From positions 64,001 to 128,000 of IMG/VR virus record IMGVR_UViG_3300028920_000037: a stretch of DNA of 64,000 nucleotides; one strand, 5' to 3'. Of this stretch, positions 58,259 through 64,000 are shown piece after piece (position 1 is the first letter of the stretch; the number at the start of each line of letters is the position of its first letter). This DNA is from a virus. A program made the position numbers and the translations under genes. The notes under the pieces are model-generated. The model had not been told where the DNA came from, did no database searches, and saw only the letters and a list, made by a program, of their open reading frames with translations.

Positions 58259-59390
58259 GTACGTCCGTTCTGTCATCGTTGAGGACGGTGACGGCGGTGG
58301 AGCCGGTGACGGCTTCGGCGGCTGGGGAGGCATGGGCGGTTACGGCGGTGGAATGGGAGGCATGGGCGGAGGTTTTGGCATCGGTGATGACGTCATCTAT
58401 AGGACGTTTGTCGCTGGGTGGGTTGACCTCTTCAAGACTGCTACGTCTGCAACGAAATCGGTCCTCGGCTCAGCGTATGCCACTGCACGAGTTGTCTTTG
58501 ATTCAATCGCATCATCTGTGATCCCTTTCTACAGATCGAGGTACAAGGCGATCGCTGAACAACACCGCGAGACGCAAGAACAAATCAGGAACGAACACCA
58601 TGCGGCGTATAGCTCGATCACGAGCGCCCTCGTCAGCAACGATGACTTCCTGGTCAGTGCATTCATGTTCGATCCGGCGAGGTTCTTTAAGACTGCGTTG
58701 TCGAACCCATCGGCGTTCGTTACAGCAGTAGGCGTAGCAAACGCACCTGACGCGATCGCAAATACGTTTGACGTCCTGTCGGGTGGTGGGATGCTCGGCA
58801 GGATTATCAAGCGTGCCCACGCTGAGAAGTCGGATTGGGAGTCGATTCAAGACAAGCTCAAGCATGTCCTTGGTGAAAAGACGCTTAGGGGCATGTTCGG
58901 AGAGTCAACCGGCAGGCGAGTGAATCCAAGCCAGTTTATCATCGTTGAAGAAGACGCTCCGCGAAAGCGCGACAAGGAACCCGAAAAGGGGCAAAACCTT
59001 GAAGAGGACCAACTCGACGTCATCAAAATCCTGCTCGATCCAGCGGTGATCGACATGGTCATGCAGGGTCGTGAGGCTGAAGCGATGTCAAGGGACATGC
59101 GCAAGGCAACAGAGAAGTTCCTTAAAAAGATCGTTGAAACCGTGGAGCAGTCACGGCAGATCAGGTCCCTCGATGATGTCCAAAAGATCACCGGCAAGCC
59201 GATCAAGGGTGACGAAGACTTGACGCCTGAGGTTGAGGAACGCATGGTTCAAGAGACGAAGAAATCGATCAAGAAGATGTACGCTGAGATGCTTGCTGCG
59301 GAGGCGAAACATGTCGCGAAAGTGCTCGATCCTGATCACGATATGGTGAAGGCATACAAGGTGGCGCTCAAGGCGATACACGACGCGTGA
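58236..59390 (+). CDS. hypothetical protein with LREYVR N-terminus and Gly/Met-rich linker
   Basis: TATTTA at 58215. GGMGGYGGGMGG tract. Confidence 0.7.
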   Translation: MDRSILREYVRSVIVEDGDGGGAGDGFGGWGGMGGYGGGMGGMGGGFGIGDDVIYRTFVAGWVDLFKTATSATKSVLGSAYATARVVFDSIASSVIPFYRSRYKAIAEQHRETQEQIRNEHHAAYSSITSALVSNDDFLVSAFMFDPARFFKTALSNPSAFVTAVGVANAPDAIANTFDVLSGGGMLGRIIKRAHAEKSDWESIQDKLKHVLGEKTLRGMFGESTGRRVNPSQFIIVEEDAPRKRDKEPEKGQNLEEDQLDVIKILLDPAVIDMVMQGREAEAMSRDMRKATEKFLKKIVETVEQSRQIRSLDDVQKITGKPIKGDEDLTPEVEERMVQETKKSIKKMYAEMLAAEAKHVAKVLDPDHDMVKAYKVALKAIHDA

Positions 59391-59408
59391 CTGTTGTAGG
59401 ATCGGAGC

Positions 59409-59702
59409 ATGGCTAGAGTGGCTAAGAAGGCTCCGAAGCAGTACAACATCGCGAACCTCCAACCCGATGAGATCAACGACCTGCGTCGTGTGGTGCGTGA
59501 GTACGCGCAACGCAAACAGAACATTTTAAACGAGATTGAAACTCTCAAGGAGGACCTCAAGACGCTGGACCAGGAGTTCGCCGAGAAGCTCGACCTGAAG
59601 ACGTTAAAGCTTGTCGAACGACACCTCAACGTGATGCAAGGCGTTGCTCACAAGGATACCTTCGATCTTTTTGTTGAGGCATTGGAGGATCAAATATGCT
59701 AA
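59409..59702 (+). CDS. small dsDNA-binding protein (GapR/DsbA-like)
   Basis: LR..V......I.NEIETLKEDLK......LDLKTLK pattern. Confidence 0.5.
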   Translation: MARVAKKAPKQYNIANLQPDEINDLRRVVREYAQRKQNILNEIETLKEDLKTLDQEFAEKLDLKTLKLVERHLNVMQGVAHKDTFDLFVEALEDQIC

Positions 59703-60220
59703 CAGAGACAACCGGATCGCTGCCGGTTGATCGCTCTACGAGCGAAGGTCCAACGCTCCTGTCTGTTGCACAGGAGCCCAACGGCGGGTGGTCGTTTGGG
59801 ATTCCACCCGTGCCAAACATCAATGTCGAAGAAGAAGTATCAGTTCCAGACACCGTTTACGAACCGATCAGGGAACCGCGAAGCCTTCATATACTCAGGT
59901 TGACGACAGTCGAGCTCATACACCTACGTGACATCCTTAGCATCGCCCTACCACCCGCGCTCGAAAAGACAGTGTCTCAGGCACTCGCTGAGAAGGAAAA
60001 CCACGTGCTTTCGGAAGCAAACCTTTGGAAGAAGGTCACCTCCGCGTGCGTAGACGCGGAGGTGCCGATCAACGACAACGCACCTGACTTTATCGTTGCA
60101 CCTGGTGGGATGCCTGAGATGCGTGTTTTTGAGATCTCAGCAGAACCTATGGATCAGTCAGATGAAGGTTCGGGTCTTGTTGTCGACCCGTTCGGGTCGA
60201 AGAAGGGAAGCGATGATTAG
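59696..60220 (+). CDS. hypothetical protein
   Basis: GGAGG RBS. Confidence 0.6.
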   Translation: MLTETTGSLPVDRSTSEGPTLLSVAQEPNGGWSFGIPPVPNINVEEEVSVPDTVYEPIREPRSLHILRLTTVELIHLRDILSIALPPALEKTVSQALAEKENHVLSEANLWKKVTSACVDAEVPINDNAPDFIVAPGGMPEMRVFEISAEPMDQSDEGSGLVVDPFGSKKGSDD

Positions 60221-60662
60221 GTTAAAGGTTGGGCAGATCGTCTACGTCCTGTTCGAAGAGCACAGGACCGTGCTCCCCGCGCGGGTCGTTGCTGAGAACA
60301 GGGCAAAGACCCTTGAAGGGACAAAGATCACATACGAGATCGTCCTAGGTGCTGGTGACCAACGTAAGGAGATGCAGGTCAACGATTCGAACTGTGAACG
60401 TGTCTTTGATTCTGCAAAGAAGGTCCAAAACTACCTGACGCAGCAGGCGACGACTTCGATCGGTGAGATCGTTTCTCAGGCAGAGAACCTTGCCGAGGAG
60501 TGGTACGGGGGTGATGCTCCTGCGTCTGCGGACGATGATGAAGAAGACGAACAACCTCGCAAACCTCTTACTCCCACCCGACCCATGCATCCTGGGCCAA
60601 AGGTCGATCTTGGCAATGGTCAGGTTGCTAACATCATTGTCAGTGAGCCTCGCTCAGAATAA
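60213..60662 (+). CDS. hypothetical protein (SH3/KOW-like N-terminus)
   Basis: LKVGQIVYV...P.RV. Confidence 0.55.
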   Translation: MIRLKVGQIVYVLFEEHRTVLPARVVAENRAKTLEGTKITYEIVLGAGDQRKEMQVNDSNCERVFDSAKKVQNYLTQQATTSIGEIVSQAENLAEEWYGGDAPASADDDEEDEQPRKPLTPTRPMHPGPKVDLGNGQVANIIVSEPRSE

Positions 60663-60665
60663 CGA

Positions 60666-60694
60666 GTGTAGCACTACGAGGCTCGGTGTAGAAT
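60666..60694 (+). promoter_or_regulatory. sigma70-like promoter (leaderless)
   Basis: GTGTAG-N17-TAGAAT, with ATG at 60702. Confidence 0.65.
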
Positions 60695-60701
60695 GGTCGA
60701 G

Positions 60702-61139
60702 ATGGCCACAATTGAAGCCGACCAACACTACAAGAACGTAAAACAGCAGGTTATGGCGTGGCATAGGACGATGCTTTGTCAGCCTTCGTGGGATGAGGTA
60801 AGAGAGTTCCATGCGATCATGGTGCTCGGCTACTACACGATGTCGATGAAGTCGTTCGAGCCGAAGATACAGGTGATTGAAAAGGGTTACGTCAAGGCGC
60901 TTGAATGGATTGCAAGGTGTAAGCAACACGGTATCTGGATCTTTGGAATTTACGATACCGCAGCAATAAACTACGAGACAGAATATGGGCCACGCGATGT
61001 GTGGCCGCTCGAACCCGCGTCGGCATTCACAGATGTGAATGGATCGATCGTTGAATTAAGACAAAGCTACAGAAAGAACCTGCGAGAGGCAACGAAGGAA
61101 CATGGCAGTACTACTGAAAAGGGTAAGATACGCAGTTAG
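60702..61139 (+). CDS. hypothetical protein
   Basis: ORF after promoter. Confidence 0.6.
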   Translation: MATIEADQHYKNVKQQVMAWHRTMLCQPSWDEVREFHAIMVLGYYTMSMKSFEPKIQVIEKGYVKALEWIARCKQHGIWIFGIYDTAAINYETEYGPRDVWPLEPASAFTDVNGSIVELRQSYRKNLREATKEHGSTTEKGKIRS

Positions 61140-62211
61140 GAAGCCGATGTCTGACACTGACATCAACGGAGATAGCATCACGTCGGTGCCGACGTTTCCG
61201 TACAATCCAGAGTCAAAGACGCAGCCAACGACCGCAAAACGTTGGGCAACGTCGGGTTGGATGATCGGAGGAGCCAAATTCGTTGCACCGGAGGTTGAGT
61301 TCAACAACGACCCATTCTCAGTTCGCATCATCGCGCTCGACAAGCGTGCCGAAGGCGGTCGAGCGTACAAGGTCATTGACGATCAGGGACGTAAGTTTGA
61401 CCTCCGTGAAGATCAGCTGATGGAGGCGATCAGGCTTGGAGGCATCGAGGCAGGTGGTCAGATCATCGGTGGTTTCGTCTGGGGAATTCGTGGTAGCCAG
61501 ATGACGCTGACGTTCCACGGAGGTAGGCTTTACGAGGAGATGAAGGCCGAACTCGACAAGAGAGAGAGCAAGAAGACGCCCGAAGGAAAGAAGAGCCTGA
61601 TTACGGCACGAAATGTGGTTGCTGGTGGAATTTACCTTGGGAAGCAAAGGCGCTATGGTACAGACGCCTTCATCTACGTCGGCAGGTTGAGGATCCCCGG
61701 TGAGAAGACACCCAAACATGCTGTTGTCGAGTTCTACAATACCATGCACAGAAACGACGGGCGGTACGTCTGGCAGGACAAGGTTCCGGCTGATATTGAT
61801 ATATCAAAGCTAACAGACGAGCAGCTCTTCAAATACGTATGTGAGTTCGACAAAAGATTCATCAATGAGCGACTACAGTCGACCCAACGTGGTCCACACT
61901 TCTACTGCCTCTACCTTCGCGGAAACGTTTCGTTTGAGGAACAGGTCGGTAAAGTCAACGATGTAACACCGCTCAGGGAGCTCGCGGCGGCTGGAACGAT
62001 GCAGTTTACAAACGGTCACCACAATGACTATGCTAAAAAGGCATACATTGCAAACAAGAGTGAAGAAGATCCCAAGCCTGATGGCAGCGCACCACCCTAC
62101 CAGGGGTGGAGCAGCCACGTCTACGAACGTTATCGAAAAAACACGGCTTTTTGGGAAGAGCACGCAAAGGCGTGGTTCATCGAGAACATGCAATGGGCAG
62201 ACAAGAAGTGA
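61102..62211 (+). CDS. hypothetical protein
   Basis: Long ORF, GGRAYKV...FDLRED. Confidence 0.7.
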   Translation: MAVLLKRVRYAVRKPMSDTDINGDSITSVPTFPYNPESKTQPTTAKRWATSGWMIGGAKFVAPEVEFNNDPFSVRIIALDKRAEGGRAYKVIDDQGRKFDLREDQLMEAIRLGGIEAGGQIIGGFVWGIRGSQMTLTFHGGRLYEEMKAELDKRESKKTPEGKKSLITARNVVAGGIYLGKQRRYGTDAFIYVGRLRIPGEKTPKHAVVEFYNTMHRNDGRYVWQDKVPADIDISKLTDEQLFKYVCEFDKRFINERLQSTQRGPHFYCLYLRGNVSFEEQVGKVNDVTPLRELAAAGTMQFTNGHHNDYAKKAYIANKSEEDPKPDGSAPPYQGWSSHVYERYRKNTAFWEEHAKAWFIENMQWADKK

Positions 62212-62606
62212 ACGATCCAGAGCTGCTGCGGGCAATGACACTGTTTGTTTCGGCGATCAGGCGATCTACAGAGACTAGATACGTTTGGTACGACAAACAC
62301 ACGATCGTCATGGCGTGTGCTGAGAACTCTGAAAAGGTTGATGACGTCGATCCTGCGTGTCATCCGCTACAGGCGCTCGTCAACCTCGCTCACACGCACA
62401 ACTACGAGTATGCAGCAAGCACGCTGTCACACGAGATGTCGATTGCCCTCGTTGCAGGACTCATCAGCCGGGAGTGTCCGACGTACACACACTTCATCGT
62501 CAGGATCTCACCAAGGCTCGCGAACAAGTACCTCTCTGGGCCTGATGAGCGGGAACTCGCGCTCAAGATCGTAAAGAGATACTTCGAGGAGATCAAGACA
62601 AGATGA
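62208..62606 (+). CDS. hypothetical protein
   Basis: GTGA/ATGA overlaps on both sides. Confidence 0.55.
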   Translation: MNDPELLRAMTLFVSAIRRSTETRYVWYDKHTIVMACAENSEKVDDVDPACHPLQALVNLAHTHNYEYAASTLSHEMSIALVAGLISRECPTYTHFIVRISPRLANKYLSGPDERELALKIVKRYFEEIKTR

Positions 62607-63466
62607 CGGTCCTCATCATCGACGGTCACAACTTCATACACCGTGCCCGAACTGGATTCGGCAAGGGCGAGTTCAACGTTGTCTTCAACTTCTTCAGGAA
62701 CCTACGATACTTTGTTGGGCTTATGAAGCCAACGCGTGTCATCTTCCCGCTCGAAGGACACCCGCAGCATCGTTATGACCTGCTACCCGAGTACAAGGGA
62801 AACAGGATCGTCGTCGAAGGGACACCTGCTCACGAGGAGCTGGCGGACTTCCACCGCCAAAAGGACCTGATCGTCGACCTGATGATGAGGCACTTTCCTG
62901 TCTCAATCATGCGGCATCCACGGTTCGAGTGTGACGATGTTGTCTTCAACATCATCAACAACGCAGCGACATCAACTCAGTTCGTCGTCGCATCGAACGA
63001 TAGCGATTTTATTCAATTGCTGCAGCATTTCGACAACGTCCGATTGTACAACCCGATGCAGAAGAAGTACATTGATGAAGGTCCGCCGTACGACTACGTC
63101 TCGTGGAAGGCGCTCGTAGGAGACGGTAGCGACAATATCGATGGCTTCAAGAGCATAGGAGGCAAGCGTGCTAAGGCTCTTCTGGATGATAATCAGCTTC
63201 TTGAGAGGTTTTTTCGCGAGGATCCTACACGGGCTACGAAGTTCCTGCGAAACAGAAAACTCATCAAGTTCGCAAGGTGGTCCGAGTCAGACGCAATGGA
63301 AGCAACCAGTTCGAATCCAACCCGAAACTGGGACGTTGTTCGAACAACGTTCTACAGGTGGGGATTCAACTCGATCGCAAATGACAAGTCCTGGGCAAAG
63401 TACGTTTCAACATTCGATCCACTCTGGGGTGAGGAAGAGGCTGTACAACGATCCGAAGATGGCTGA
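62603..63466 (+). CDS. second 5'-3' exonuclease (FEN/PolI 5'-exo family)
   Basis: IIDGHN..HR, YKGNR, ECDD, SNDSDFIQL, GDGSDNI.G..IG.K.A. Confidence 0.9.
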   Translation: MTVLIIDGHNFIHRARTGFGKGEFNVVFNFFRNLRYFVGLMKPTRVIFPLEGHPQHRYDLLPEYKGNRIVVEGTPAHEELADFHRQKDLIVDLMMRHFPVSIMRHPRFECDDVVFNIINNAATSTQFVVASNDSDFIQLLQHFDNVRLYNPMQKKYIDEGPPYDYVSWKALVGDGSDNIDGFKSIGGKRAKALLDDNQLLERFFREDPTRATKFLRNRKLIKFARWSESDAMEATSSNPTRNWDVVRTTFYRWGFNSIANDKSWAKYVSTFDPLWGEEEAVQRSEDG

Positions 63467-63686
63467 GCGCGAGCGTTGGATTAAGCTGCATAATAACCTG
63501 ACAGATGAGAAGCGCGCAGCAGCAAAGTGTAAGTGTTGCAGCGACACCGGTGTCGTGATTGCATTCTCTATATTTGGTTCTTCTGCGATGGCGACGTGCA
63601 CATGTTCTGCATCAAAGAACGTGTTGCACTGAAAAGGACGATCTATCGCAGTCCTTTAATTTAGTTAATGATCGGAGGTTGAAGCA

Positions 63687-64000
63687 ATGTGGAACAAGGT
63701 ACTGAGCGTACTTGGATACCTGAACGCTTCACCGATCACGCTGATCGGGTTCATCTACGTGCTGTTCTGCACCATGATGGGATGGTTCAGATTCGTCGGA
63801 TCAAAGGAACACGCACTCGTTTGGGCGACATGTCCAGAAAACATGCCCAAGTGGTTGTACAGGCGTTGGGAAGGTGAGAAGTTCGACCTCTACGGTCGGT
63901 GTATCGGTAACGTTGTTATTCTCGATTCGAGTGACTTCAAGATCGATAGCCCAAACGACATCAAGAACATCAGAACATTCACGCACGAGATGGGTCACGT
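63687..64000 (+). CDS. partial ORF (runs off window) with HExxH zincin motif
   Basis: Manual translation MWNKVLSVLGYLNASP...RTFTHEMGH. GGAGG RBS and TAGTTA upstream. Confidence 0.6.
   Translation, partial: MWNKVLSVLGYLNASPITLIGFIYVLFCTMMGWFRFVGSKEHALVWATCPENMPKWLYRRWEGEKFDLYGRCIGNVVILDSSDFKIDSPNDIKNIRTFTHEMGH

Noticed and set aside
58285-58385. GGC/GGT-rich low-complexity tract as a DNA repeat element
   Set aside because: It is explained by a Gly/Met-rich protein linker.
63309-63318. GTTCGAATCC T-loop-like motif suggesting a tRNA
   Set aside because: It lies inside the exonuclease CDS and no cloverleaf stems are apparent.
1-64000. Stop-codon reassignment as in some large phages
   Set aside because: TAG, TGA and TAA all end domain-complete genes, and coding density is already high in the standard code.

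Overview
This window reads as a segment of a large (jumbo-type) dsDNA tailed-phage genome. Genes are densely packed, almost all on the + strand, in the standard genetic code, and no rRNA, tRNA or CRISPR array was seen. It carries replication and nucleotide genes: two 5'-3' exonucleases, a DnaB-like helicase, class II RNR, ThyX, two dNMP kinases, thymidine kinase, dCMP deaminase and a MazG-like dNTPase. It also carries two DNA methyltransferases, an RNA end-healing/sealing set, stress genes (three sHSPs, Dps, SOD-like, HslV-like), a probable lysis block and several AT-rich homing-endonuclease-like genes. Four observations stand out. (1) DNA polymerase III alpha (DnaE) is encoded in three separate ORFs. 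The second break carries a complete naturally split intein, while the first carries only a catalytically dead intein (Hint) remnant, suggesting a non-splicing intein-derived 'zipper'. (2) There is a putative cytosine hypermodification pathway: an Asp-type thymidylate-synthase homolog, a glycosyltransferase, an NDP-sugar epimerase, UDP-xylose synthase, a second dNMP kinase, PanD and a sulfotransferase. (3) Two promoter classes recur, a sigma70-like one that mostly yields leaderless mRNAs and a TANTTA motif. (4) Genes led by TANTTA share an N-terminal 'LRxxIRE'-like amphipathic peptide, possibly a capsid-targeting tag. All family calls come from motif recognition by eye, and no database search was run.
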